From assembly GCF_040938485.1 (NCBI RefSeq), contig NW_027273095.1:1-64000 (forward strand): a stretch of 64,000 bases of DNA, written 5' to 3'. The translations under genes and the position numbers were made by a program. Position 1 is the first letter of the stretch. Every line of letters begins with the position of its first letter. Below, piece after piece: positions 48,560-61,480 of the stretch. The DNA is from Diadema antillarum. Lineage: Eukaryota. The notes below the pieces were generated by a model. That model ran no database searches. It was not told the DNA's origin and saw only the letters and a list, made by a program, of their open reading frames with translations.

Positions 48560-50790
48560 ACAACCCTGCAATTAGGATTTGATATCCGTGACGTAAGGGC
48601 CTAATATCAGCTATTATCTAGAGCTCGGCTATCAAAGGGACTACAAACAAAAGCCGAACCCACAATGGTCCACAGTCTCCAATTGACGAGGGAGCCTATG
48701 CCTATGAACTCTTTGAGTGAGCATCCCAGTGGAAAAGTGCACTGTGTGGAGTTCGAAATAATTGGGGCTGGCTAATGGGAAGTACTCTGAAGTAGAAGTG
48801 GACGGTCTGTCTGTGTGTGCATGTGTGTGTGCATGTGTGAACGGGTCAGTCTGTTTGTTTTCTTCCTTGTATTGCCTGGTGTCACGTGACTGCCCGACCG
48901 GATGCCGCACCGAAACATCCTGAGTGGGACACGATGAGCGCTATCTCGTAATGTGACAATCGGAGCTTCCAGTGGTAGAGTGGTTGGAAGGACACACAAG
49001 TCAGGCCAGCCAGCCAGCCAGCCAGCCAGCTAGTGGAGCTAGAATCCAGCCTGTGGGAAGCAAAGCTAGTCAGCGACACAGGCAAGGAGGGCAGAGTTTG
49101 ACAGTGGAGTTGGGTTACACTACACCAGACGTGGACCGTCTACCAGTATACTCAACCTCCGTGTCTCCACATTGACCTTACCGCAACCAGAGACGCTCCT
49201 TCGCTGCCTGTAGATGTAGTGGCACATAGCACTTCACTCGCTCTGTCTGCAGGGGAGAAAGGAAATTTGACATCAGCTGGTACCGAAGGGGGGAAACGAA
49301 GGAGAATGTGAACAAATAGATCTAATTGAAAGTCTCGTATTTCCATCAGAAGGTGCTGACAAGGTAGATTTCACCCTTATCCCCTATGTGTGGATTTTTC
49401 ATTGCTCGTGACATCGCTGTATCTGCAATTTTTATGAGGAGTTATTGAAGGAGCTTCGCTGATAATTACTTTTGATGCATAATGTGATGGTCGGGTATAC
49501 CCACAGTGTGCATTTCTTGATTGCCTGTAATTGAAGGTCCCGAAGCTGGAAAGGGAAAACAACCTGTGCCCAGGACGGGGCTCATTGGAACATGCAATTA
49601 TGTAATTTGTGACAGGCGGGCAATGCGTGAGTCGCCGTGCATGCAGCACACAGCTCTTCGCCAAAACTCACATTCATCACATGAGTCAGCCGATTGTGGC
49701 CCTTTGGAGGGAAGAGAGCTGTGCGTTCTTGGTCGTGTGCTACAAAATAATGTGATGACAGAACCACTTACATCGCTGTCAAAAAATCCTGTACTCCTGG
49801 CAAATACATCTCTACCATACGGAGTTGGGCTTTTTATCTCTAACCCGCTACCTTCTTCCACCCCCTCCCCTCTTGCTCACTCGCTCTCTGTCTTTCTGTC
49901 ATTTTTGCCTCAATTTCTCTCAGTCCCACCAGCTCGCTCAATTTGTGAGCGTCTAAACCTGCACCCGCCCAGTGCTGGTGCACGGTAACCTAATCTGCAA
50001 AACATTCTCTGGCAACATCACTTCTGATCTGCGCTGAGGAGGCAGTGAGGGACGGCATTCAGCGCTCTCCGTGCATCGTGAGGCTTATCAAACTTCCCCC
50101 CTCATTCAGACCTTCTCTCTCTCTTGTTTCTAATCGCTGGATTCTCTTAATTTGAGGTACCCGACTGACACGTGTATGAACAGCTGTGTGCGTGTGTATG
50201 TGATGTCGTTTTTCGCTGGCAGAGGGATTCCGTCTGCCACCATCGCCCACGAGGGTTTCCTGTTGTGACGTTCGCGGGGCCTCCCTCCCTCGCCCCATCA
50301 CCCCCACGCCAAGAGCCAACCCCATCTCAACGATGATGGCTGCTGTTCTGATGATGCATTTCATGAGTTCAAAGCATCTTACAGCCATGGACAGAGCTAG
50401 CTCCCTGACATGTCTTATACTGTGATTGTGACCCAACTTATCCTACCCACAGACTGGAGACAGCCCTCTCACTCCATTTGATTAATTACCATATTTGACA
50501 CGTCTTCATGGTTTCATTCTTCGCGACTGAATACCACGGATGAGGCTGTGTTGTGTTGACATATATTTTCACTGTTACTAAAGTGATGGCCATTGTGTCT
50601 TAGAAAGACTTGGTGTGGCTTGAATTGTACCTTACACACCTTATATCTATCAAAGTGGATGTTACTGATCTGCCGTTCAAGATGATGTCCAGTCTTGATT
50701 GCAATATCGTCATGTCTCTGGGCCAGAGGAGGCCGCGGGCACGTGCACCATGCCATATAAACATCGTGGTAAGTGGAGTCATCCTTGATT
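48560..50790 (+). promoter_or_regulatory. CpG-enriched promoter/enhancer-like region
   Basis: Elevated CpG and a perfect GTCACGTGAC E-box (USF/MiTF-TFE type) at 48881-48890. (CCAG)n at about 49006-49030. Possible donors at 49364 (AAG|GTAGAT) and 50769 (GTG|GTAAGT). Confidence 0.45.
50682..50768 (+). CDS. Candidate first coding exon: MMSSLDCNIVMSLGQRRPRARAPCHINIV (phase 0) or, from GCACC-ATG at 50750, MPYKHR+G (phase 1)
   Basis: GC-rich stretch ending in donor GTG|GTAAGT at 50769, with a Kozak-like context at 50750. No recognised homology. Confidence 0.3.
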
Positions 50791-50809
50791 AATGATAATG
50801 CCTATACAC

Positions 50810-50991
50810 TAAAACAAAGTGGAAATTTTCACACTTTTTGCGCGACCAGAAACTAGTGCGAAAATAAGAGCATGCAAATATTTTTACCACTATTATAATG
50901 TCTTGATTCTGCAGAATTAAAGATATGTGAAGTTCATCTATTCAGCAGAGCCCCAAAAATTACTCTCGCAAAAATATTCACGTTTACAGTA
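50810..50991. mobile_element. Degenerate inverted copy of the 915-1127 MITE type
   Basis: AAAGTGGAAATTTTC...GCGCGACCAGAAACTAGTGCGAAAATAA...GTTTACAGTA. Confidence 0.6.
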
Positions 50992-51752
50992 TTTCATTAT
51001 ATCTGAGTCATCTGTTCAACCATGAGGTTTGTGGAATCTTCTGTACATGCAAGTGATGCTCATGATACTTTCTGAGTGGTACCTGCAATGATATAGCATA
51101 GTGTAGCTTATATAACTTAGTACTTAATGATTTTGATGACTCAAGGTTTCCTGATTAGATTGGTTGTCAGAATATTTGAAATTTTGACATTTCAGACTGA
51201 TTTGAAATTTCAAACTCATGTCACATCCACATAGATAACCACTTTTAAAACTGCTAATGATGCACAAACTGCACCATGCATTTTCTTATGACTTTTCTCT
51301 GTCATTACTTTATACATGGCTTGTTGAGTGAATGGTGCAATGTGGTGAAATACTGTCCCAGTTGTAGCAATATTAATGAAGAAAGATAAAATATCAAAAG
51401 ATTTTGAGTAAAAGTTGAGGCTTCACTTTGAGGCAAAAATGGTTTATGAAAAATTGTGAAGTTTGTTATTTGTACAAATTTCTGATGCAGTTTTCTTAGA
51501 AAAGTTTGACCGAATGCAATGCCCTGTTTGGGGGGGGGGGATGTATTATATGCCCCACCAATAAAACACAAATAAAGCTAATGTGGTTACATTTCAAGGA
51601 AATAGACTAGACAAGCCTTTCATAGAATACCATGACGACAAGTACCCATGGATGTCTGACAGCAAGGCTATTTACTTAGGTCATCATTGCTGTCTTTCTC
51701 TTCAGCTTCTTCTTTGGAAAAGGCCTTGTCGGTATGTGGGTGTTGTATATTA

Positions 51753-52834
51753 TTATACCCCCGCCAAACGAAGTTTGAAGGGGGTATATAGGAATCAGCG
51801 GACGGTCGGTCGGGCGGTCGGTCGGGCGGTCGGTCGGGCGGTCGGGCGGTCGGGCGGTCGGGCGGTCGGGCGGTCGGGCGGTCGGTCGGGCGGTCGGTCC
51901 GTTGCAAATCTTGCGTCGCGAACTACTTCCTCAGTTTTCAACCGATTCCCATAAAACTTGGCACAGATGTGTGCCTTGGGTTGTAGATGTGCAAGACGTA
52001 TTTTTTGACAGTACCCAAAAGTACGTTGCCATGGTAACGGCATATTATGGGCAAAAATGGGTACAAATCTTGCGTCGCGAACTACTTCCTCAGTTTTCAA
52101 CCGATTCCCATAAAACTTGGCACAGATGTGTGCCTTGGGTTGTAGATGTGCAAGACGTATTTTTTGACAGTACCCAAAAGTACGTTGCCATGGTAACGGC
52201 ATATTATGGGCAAAAATGGGTACAAATCTTGCGTCGCGAACTCCTCCCACAGTTTTTGATCAATTTTTATGAAATTAGGTACAGATGTTCATCTGAATAT
52301 GTTAATGTGCAAGACACATATTTCCGCAGTGGCAAAAAGTGCGTTGCCATGGTAACGGCATGTTATTGGTAAAATATAGGGCAAAATGCTTCATGGCAAA
52401 ACTGCTTCATCAGTGTTCTTCCAATTCTCATGGAATTCATATTGAATGTTTGTCTTAGGATATAGGTCAGCATGACACATTTCTTGACAGTGACAAAAAG
52501 TATGTTGCCATGGTAACAGCTCACATATTATGAGCCAAAATGATGGAAAATTTTGTGTTGCAAACTACTTCCTCAGTTTTTGCCCAATTTCCATGAAACT
52601 TGGTACAGACATGTGCCTTTGGTTGTAGATGTGCAAGACGCATTTTTCGACAGTACCTGAAAGTACGTTGCCATGGTAACGGCATATTAATGGCAGAAGA
52701 TCAAGGAAAGATCTTGCGGATTTAACTACTTCCTCAGTTTTTTGACCAAAGCTTATCAAATGTTGTTTTGACCAAAGCTTATGAAATGTTGTTTGACGGG
52801 GGTATAACCAGTCGCTGTAGCGACATTTCTAGTT
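51753..52834 (+). mobile_element. 1.08-kb Helentron/DINE-1-like non-autonomous element with a (CGGT/CGGG)n microsatellite and a 159-bp tandem array
   Basis: SubTIRs TTATACCCCCGCCAAAC (51753) / GTTTGACGGGGGTATAA (52791-52807), 16/17 match. 5' short IR, GC microsatellite at 51802-51900, 3' hairpin GTCGCT-GT-AGCGAC, terminal CTAGTT. Repeat units start at 51905, 52064 and 52223 onward. Confidence 0.85.
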
Positions 52835-55384
52835 CAAAGTAACTCTGATGAATGGATCAATGTTTAAAGACAAATATGTGTATAGGCCCTACTAGTAAAA
52901 AGAATGAGCTGAAATGTCAGACTTTGCAGTTCATGCTGGGAATACTATCCCCATAATGACATATATGGTAGGCCATATGTTTTAACTGCTCAAAACATCA
53001 ATGAATGTGGTTTAAATTCTATTATTTACAAGTCAGTATATGTCATGAACGGACATACGGCTGTGTAATTTTGTTTCTTTCCCTTCCTTTCACAACTTGT
53101 TGTTACCCCTTGAAGCTGAATGCCAGTGATAGAATATTGTTGCTATTATGAAAAAAGAGGGAGGCGTCCGTCAATTGTGCGATGTAAATATCATAATCTT
53201 TGTTTGCATTCTTGTCTGTGATAAGTACAAGGTGCAACATCTCTCACTAACTTTCCCAGTCATGGCCCTTTAAAGCGGGACCTCTTGTCAACCAGAGGTG
53301 GTGTTGACTATCCAGCGTGAAGAAAACAATGCATTTTGGTGTTTGCAAAAAAACGGTAGAAGCTGTGGTCATGAGACAAAAGCAGACATAACAAAAGTCT
53401 CATCGTTGAGTCATGCCTTGTGGTCTGAAGGCGAAAGACCAGTAATGCCCTCAGAAGCTCTGAGGAATTTTGACATAATTCACTGTTTACTCTCCCAATG
53501 ACAACAACTCCATCCATCCATCGTCTGTCGCCTACCCTGAAAGTTCCAAAGTTTCGAAAGTGAAATGATTTGCCGCCTGGAATCGAAGCGTGACAAGTGC
53601 TCCCACTTTATCTTTAAAACTTGATTGATACTACCGGGATAGAGGGCAATATGCAGCAGCTGTCATGGTACTAATTAGGCATACAAAATAGTTCTCCTGA
53701 ACTTGCCATGCCTACAAAATGTCCCAAGTTCATGATTAGAGCGAACTGTTGTCTGTATAGAATCATTATTGATAATTTCCTTGCACTGATGGGGAAACCC
53801 CCTTCAATTAGGGAGTTTATTTGTGATTATTTTTGAAGCCTTACCTGTCCATACATAGTATTGCCTATGATTATAATAATCTGTGTGAAATGAGAGGTTG
53901 AACTCTCTAAATTCCTCAGATTGGAAATCAATCTGTAAGATTGTGGTGAGGGACCAATCCAAAATGAGATTGAGACAAACATTGACTTCTAAGTCTATTG
54001 GATTGAGATTTTCAATCCAATTTTGAATTGGTCTCTCATCTCAGTCTAAAGACTTTAGGGAGAACATTACATTGTACTGGGAAGTGTTTTGCATTTTTAA
54101 ACTATCATACACAGGCTTTATGCACAAAAGGCAAACATGTGATCATTGGTATCTACCATATACCCCCATGTTGTAAATCTGTTCTGTGTACTTGCACCTT
54201 GATCTCTCCAGTACGCAGTAGCTATGAACAAACAGTCACATTGGTGGGGAAAAAAGTGTAAGACTGCCTCAAAGAGAATTGAATGTTACTCATTGTGATG
54301 CAAGACGTTCTGTCTGCCGTGCTCTGTGATTCACAGCATATGTGCCAGAATATTGATGCTTGGAAAGTTTACCACTTCCTTGTTTTTATGTCTTTTTTTT
54401 TTGTAATGCCTCTTTTGTCTTAGACTGATGAAAAATTAAAAATATGAGGAAAACAATGGTACTTTTGCAATGCTCTGTGTCAAATACTCCGGGTCAAGAA
54501 ATATCATAGTGACTGTTATCATTTTGACACAGAATACCAGCAGTTGACAGTCAGCTATGAACTCAAGTGAATGTCACAGTCAAATGCTGTTTTAACGCCA
54601 GCCCCACAAACTCATGTTTTCGTTAGTATTACTTTTTGTATGTTTTTTTTTTCTTTATTTTTAAGCCACATGATCAAGAATGTACAGTGTCAACTATTCA
54701 AGGGAAAATTATATATTTTGGTAGATCTGCTAAATGTACATTTTCACTAGCAAATTACACTACGTCTGTAGGGATTCCTGACCCAACAATGAGGGGGAAG
54801 GGATAAGGGGGGTTGATGAAAGAAGCCTAATTTCACGTCTTGGCTGCATATTTTCTCCCGATTCACTTGGCAATGAACTGACAGAATGCTAAAAGCCACA
54901 ACCTCCAGTCAGATCATCAATATAATGTAAACAGAGTGGGGGAGTGCAGACATATGGAAGAGGTCAGTGCTGCCTATACTGTGTGTCTATTGTGTGTGTG
55001 GTTGTGTGCATGCATTGTGTACGGAATCTTGAGCTGTGGTTCAGGAATCAGAATTGATTCCTTTTAATGGCTTTCTCAAATGAAGAAATACAATTTGTGG
55101 GTCCATCAGGATGAATGTTTATCACAAATGTATTTTGGATATCTGTGTCTGAGCTTCCTTGAATTCTAGTGCGAGTGTATGGTGCTATGCGAACACTCAC
55201 CAGTTCCATTGCGAATATCGGTTTCAGCAATCACATGTTGTAAAAGCAAGGAGGTATTGTAAAAGCAACCATAAACCTACCACATCTTCAAATATGGTTC
55301 TCAGCATAAAATAGATCTGTATCTTAGTCTGTATAAGATGCAAGTAGAGTAGTGGTTTCCAAAACTCTTGTAGTGAGGCACAAC

Positions 55385-55477
55385 ATAACCCATTGAGGAC
55401 TGGTTGATTTTGCTACAACGCGCATTTCCCGTAGACACCTGCCCGAGTATACTCGGGGCTCGTCCTCAACGGGTTAA
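55385..55477. mobile_element. 93-bp piggyBac-like palindromic MITE (inverted copy)
   Basis: (A)TAA-CCCATTGAGGAC...GTCCTCAACGGG-TTAA with CCCGAGTATACTCGGG. Confidence 0.8.
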
Positions 55478-58152
55478 CTAGCGATCTGTTGACAAAAAAG
55501 AGAAAACAAAGCAAAAACAGCTTGTGGTAGCTGGAGTATTAACACTACTTCAATGTCTCTCTCTACCATACTTTTTAGCCATTGATGGTAAAGTTAATGG
55601 GAAGGAAGACAGTCACCTAATTAAAAAAATTCATGGTCATGTTGCATTGATTGTCCTTAGGTAAGACCTTGTGCAGGAAAAGTAATTAATCACTGCAATG
55701 GCAGGCCAGAATCCTCATCAATCTGGCTATTTGTCATTGATGCAGTGCAAATAAAACTGTGCTTGCAGCCTAGCTGTAAATGTCTTCTTTAGATCACTGC
55801 CTGGTCATCAGTATTGAGTGTAAACCTATCCCAAACTTTTTGTGTGTATTAATCTGATCACTGGAACTTATCTAGAGATTTACAGTTATCTATAGATGCC
55901 ATAAATTCAGCATTTTTTCCCCCACGCAAATTTGGTGAGTGATCCGATACAGTATTTGTGAAATGAATAGTGTGCAAAGATATGGCTGCCTGTCACATGT
56001 ATGCAATGCATTGTCTCCACAAAGTTGACAATTTCGTACTGTACTTCTTGAAAATGTGCAGTACTTTAGTCTCATTTCATTTCTGCTGTTCTCAATCATG
56101 AAAGGAATCACTCATAAAGTCTCAATTCTTGAAATACTATGCTCATGGAGCATATCATGGCTTTATATCGTGCGTCAAGATTATGGCAGTAGTGTTAAAG
56201 CTGTCCAGCCTCCGTTATTTGTGATGTCATTTATTAACACTTGAAACCTTCAACCAGGAGTAACTTTACAACTAACTTGTAATTCATCATCTTGGGCTCA
56301 ACGCGGGGCTCGTCTCATTTCTTCAATGTGTAATTACATCCTGCGCCAAGAGGCAGTGAAATATATCCTCACCATTAAAGATCTTCATGTTTGACAGCTC
56401 TCGACTTATCTGTTGTGTCTCACGGGCACATTACATTGAAACATAGGCCGCTAAAGACAGTAGCTAAATGTCAGAGATAGAGAGAGAGAGAGAGAGAGAG
56501 GAAGATATTAGATATATGCCGTCCGTCAAATATACATCGTATGCCCATGTGAGCTATGACTTGTCTATTGTTGTATGGCAGGACATAATTTGTGGCACAC
56601 TATCAACTTCAGCAGCGAGTCTGTAACTTGATGATGTGTTTTCATTAATTAGAATAGGTGAATGCCCATAAAATGGAAGTGTCGTCTTGTCAAAGAACTC
56701 CTTGAGGGGATTGCATTTGTTCGGTACATGGATACAATTATCCAACATGCATAATTCATTTTTTTTCCCCACGAGCATTTTATACTGCATATAATCTTTT
56801 GTTTTCACAGTTATTTTATATGTGCAGCAGAGGGGCTTGGGGCTCAGTAATGAACACACCAAGTCTATCACCCTTTAGATTTTATGCATACCTTTATGAC
56901 AGAGCTTGTCTGAAGCTTGCCCCATGTAGCAGCAACCATTGCATTTTCAAGATATGACATGTATTGAAGTGAACTTGAGCAGGAACTTGATAAACAAAGT
57001 AGTGGGTCTTGAGGGAAGATTACCCAAAGATTTCAATTCATTTAGTTTTATCACTTTATTGCCCCATCCCCAATACCAATTTCTCTCTCCCGAAGTATTT
57101 GAAAACATTCATGTATGCCATGCCTTGTCTGCAATCTGCACCGTTGATGCCGAACAGCTCTTGGAAGATTTGTGCTATGAGAACGACGCATAAAAAGCTG
57201 CATTTATCCAACTCGAGAGAGTGAATCACGTTTCAAAACGTGTTTCAAATGCCGGTTTACAAACATGGCTTGAAACGGGTGCGACCATATGTAACCATCA
57301 TATAATCGCAATTTGAGTATTGTTACTGCGCAGCTGCTTTGTGCCAGTCAACCCATGAAGTAGAGGTCAACTACGTAGTGGTAACAAACATGCCTTCATT
57401 ATTCACACAAAGAATGGGTAGAAAACAAAAGATAGCGTGTGCTTTTTCTCTGCAACAGGGAACAGCTGGAAGTTGGCCTGGGCATCGTGGAGGTATAAAT
57501 GCGTTTCAAAATGTCGTCGCATTTTTGTACTTGCAGAAAGATGGCTTTGGTCTCAAGCGTGTCTCAAATTGCCCTTTGAATGGCGTTTCTAATTAAACGT
57601 TTGCAAACATGGTTACATTTATATATCACCCGAAAATGCCTCAATTGCGTTCAGGATCATGATTGTGCCTCTGAAAATTGTTAGATAAATGCACCCTACA
57701 GATAGATCACTTTCAGTGTCCAACAGGGAACAGAAACCAAAGAAATGATGAATGAAGAAACGCAATGACTTCAGAAGAGAAGAATGATGGGTCTCCCACA
57801 GCTGGTTACATCAAAACCTTTCTACTTGAGACCATCACTGCTATTAATAGGGATATCGAAAAACTGTGTGTGATTGGAACTGAGGAGAGATTGAACAGGC
57901 CAGAAATGAAGGGCTATACCTGAAAGGATGTTATTACAATCATTTGGCAAAGAAAAGAGAGAATGGTCATGTTTTTGTTTTTATTTGTTTTTTTCAATCA
58001 GTGACACCTTGGAAATAGGATTCTCTCAATAGAAACAGAGCAAGGTTAGTTGTTATTCAATACTTGCCTGCTCCTTCCTTCCTGACGGCTGTTTCCAAGC
58101 CCTGTTATGCTAGTCATATACACACTGGCAATGTTCCATCTACCTTGATATA

Positions 58153-58915
58153 TGTGACCCGCTACAACAAAAAGGTCCTAAAGTCGCGCACGGTCGAAGC
58201 CGTGAAAATTGTGTTTGAAGTCAGAGCATTATAATTAGTCAAAACCTACGATTTTCTGATTTTGATATATTATTGGAGTCTAACATGTCTTCTATCATCT
58301 GTCGAAATTTTGAAGCAAAATGATCAAAGGAAAGACCAAAAAATAGCGTTTTTCTGAGCCATGTTTTTTGGCGTTTCAAACGAAGCAGAAACTGGTTCGA
58401 AAATTTGGATTGAGCGCCACAGATAGGTTCCGCCCCCTACAACGACCAGAGTGATCTCATTGGTCAGTTTGCTGCTTGCTGCTACCCGAAGCGTAAAGCC
58501 TCGCATGCTGCCCAGTCAACTGGTGCGTGCGGGCGGGGTGCGCTATGCTCAGCCGCTTCTCACATCCTGGTCACTGATTGGTTGGTGAGGAGACCGCCGA
58601 CGCTGATGTGCTTGAATGAACTCTTCGGGGGTTGCTAGGGCTTACCTTCTATTGTCCAGAGGTGAAAACTGACTTGCGTGTCCCTTGATCGCGATTGCGT
58701 CGAAAGGAAGACTTTTAGGGCGCTTTTCTCGAAACAGTGATTTTCCAGACGTCTCGACATGCTCTCTTTTAAACATCGATATCTCCGCAGCCGATTATTT
58801 TTATAAAATGTGTTATGGATCAATTTAAAGCAGAAAGATTAGGGGATTATATCATGCAATTTTCAAATAATCGACCTCGCCCGACTTTAGGATCATTTTG
58901 TTGTAGCGGGTCACA
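58153..58915. mobile_element. 763-bp non-autonomous TIR element, superfamily unassigned (TGT...ACA ends)
   Basis: Perfect 20-bp TIR TGTGACCCGCTACAACAAAA, imperfectly extended (CCTAAAGTCG..GGTCGA). Flanks are TATA / TATC. Confidence 0.85.
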
Positions 58916-60681
58916 TATCTTCCCTCAATTGAAACCTCTCTCTGAACCGTTCTAAGTTCATGTGCATGTACTGTGAGTGTAAAATATATGTTGCAACTGT
59001 GAGAAATCCTTGAAAGTTATGCGCGTGACTGAATCATCAAAAATAGATAACCGCACATTATTTTTTTTGATACAATGTGTAAGATTTTATGTGAATATTC
59101 TCTCACCAACATATGGATATACATACAATTTTAAGTGATGTTCACTGAATTGGACCAGTGTGAATGTATCAGTGATCCGAAGGTTTTCACTTTTACAAGT
59201 GAGCAAACAGGCATACTTTCCAAGACATGTAGTAAAGACATTGAGCACAGTGTAACACAGGAGTGTCTATTGCGACAATCATGGAAAAAGGTGTGTTCAC
59301 CAAAATCACCCATTTTATGAAACCTCTTTCAACCACTGACGGTTAAAAACTGTGACGGTAGAAAAATTGTTACATTTCCACTGACTTGTGGCATAGTGGT
59401 GTTTCTTTAACCATAATGTTGTATGCTTTTTACAGTCATATACATGTACAATATTTTAGTGTCAGTGTATATGGCCCTGTTAATTCACTCCTGCAAACTT
59501 TCTATCCAGAATATATCCAGTATATATGTGAAGGTTACAAAAGGAGAGTTGTGTGCATGTTGGAATGCAAGAGCTGGCACTGTGCGATTCATTCTCGGGG
59601 CCTTTCAAAATGCCGAGAAAAGGAATGGGGCAGAGGAAATAAACACTTCCAATTTTTTTGTTCGCCGTTGGAATGATTTAGAGTGTTGTTGTGTCGTTAT
59701 TGATTTTTCTCTTTCTCAGCTTGCTTTGCTGCCCCCAAAAAGAAAAGTTGTCATCAGGTTTCATCCTCACAGCAGGTTCCCTTCCTCCAACGTCCCACTT
59801 TCACTGCGAGTTTACGGAGCCTTCGGGCGACTGCTTTTTATGCTGTATTTTTACGCCGATGCCGATTTGCATCCTCTCATCTAAAGGGATGTCATGATTT
59901 CCTCTTTAAGGTGTCCAGCCTTATTTACAGCCCTCTTTTTCTTCGGAAGGCAGCGGAGAAGTGAGAAAATATTATCCGCTTTTGTAAAGCCGTCGAGTGA
60001 CTCAGCAATACTTCACCTTTCTCATCACCCGTCATCTGTGAAAGCACTAATGACATTCGCTATCCTCTACTTCTCAGTCAATTTAGTCATGATTTCATTT
60101 CATTCCATTTCATTTCAGTACCCTCCCCCCCCCCCCCCCCACACATACACACACTCAATCTCTGCACAGAAACATTAAGGCAGATACTGGTGTAGTACTA
60201 GAATTCCTTCAATCTAGATGATTAGTGTAATGCAGGGATTTGCAGGCAAGAAGGCAAGAAGTCTCTCTCGGCTTTGAATCGACGTCTTTCTTTTTTTCTT
60301 CCCCACCGCTCTGACTCTGGTGACAAACAAGGCTGTAAGGTAGTAAGGTCTTGAGGGTATCAGTAGCAACTCCCCAAAGCTGTCGGAGGATTTGTTGCGT
60401 GATTTTTTTGGTTTTTGTTTGTTTGTTTTCAATCCTTTTCCAGCTGAAAAACAAGCGGAATGATAGAAAGAAGCGAGATTGCTCAAATTCACCTCAAATT
60501 GATTTATCGGTGGAAGCCTCCCGCATAGAATGTATGTGGTAACGGCATTCAATAGGCGATGACAGTGTGTATGCGCGATGATTGTGACAGAAATGTATAC
60601 TGTAATTATAACCGGAACATTCTGCAAATGATTGAAAGACAGAGAGAGTGTGTGGAAAATGTAAGGGAGAAGGAGAGACAG

Positions 60682-61247
60682 TTAAAGGGAAGGTAAACCC
60701 AAAGAGCAATGTGGATTGAGTGAAAGCAGCAACATTAGTAGAACACATCAGTGAAAGTTTGAGGAAAATCGGACAATCGATGCAAAAGTTATGACTTTTT
60801 AAAGTTTTGGTGATGGAACCGCTGGATGAGGAGACTACTAGAGGAAATGACGTATGAGTGGACAACGATACAAAGAAAATATAAAGGAAATTCAACAAAA
60901 ATTCACTTTTCTAGAATTATGAAAGAGCAGTGGACCAACCGCTTTCAGAAAGCAGGGGGAATAATTGCTACCCTCAACATATGTCAATATCAAGTTGATG
61001 GAATTTGTAATTTTCATGAAAAATGGATTTTTGTAGTATTTTCTTTATATTTTCTTGGTATTGTTGTCCACTCATACGTCATAACCTCTAGTAGTCTCCT
61101 CATCCAGCGGTTCCAACACCAAAACTTTAAAAATTCATAACTTTTGCATCGATTGTCCGATTTTCTTCAAACTTTCACTGATGTGTTCTACTAATGTTGC
61201 TGCTTTCACTCAGTCCACATTGTTCTTGGGGTTTATCTTCCCTTTAA
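60682..61247. mobile_element. 566-bp Kolobok-like fold-back MITE, inverted sibling of 4496-5060
   Basis: TTAA-AGGGAAGGTAAACCC...GGGGTTTATCTTCCCT-TTAA with the same arms and core reversed. Confidence 0.9.
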
Positions 61248-61480
61248 AGGGATGGTGTAGTATTGGTTGAAATAAGGGTTCAGCTTTTAACTCTTTGCAA
61301 GATATTTGGAAATCACTTATGAAATATTAAAGAGCATATAATTCTAAGAGAAATTCATGGTTTATTTGATGACAAATCAGTTTTGAAATGGCTAAGATAT
61401 CCGAAAACAGAGTAAAACAAAGCAATTCTTATGAAAGGTATGTCCCATCTTTTATTAGGATTGTCTTAGATATTTGAAAA
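61244..61480 (+). mobile_element. Left end of a second Kolobok-like element sharing the TTAA
   Basis: TTAA-AGGGATGGTGTAG start directly abuts the previous element. The right TIR was not found; the end is approximate. Confidence 0.4.

Noticed and set aside
49521-49988. 155-aa plus ORF
   Set aside because: CpG-rich regulatory-type sequence with a CT-repeat-derived tail; no domain.
51795-52372. ORFs with a 53-aa tandem repeat on both strands
   Set aside because: Produced by the 159-bp (multiple of 3) repeat inside a non-autonomous element; no coding signature.
59423-59884. 153-aa plus ORF
   Set aside because: Intron-like composition and no recognisable motifs.
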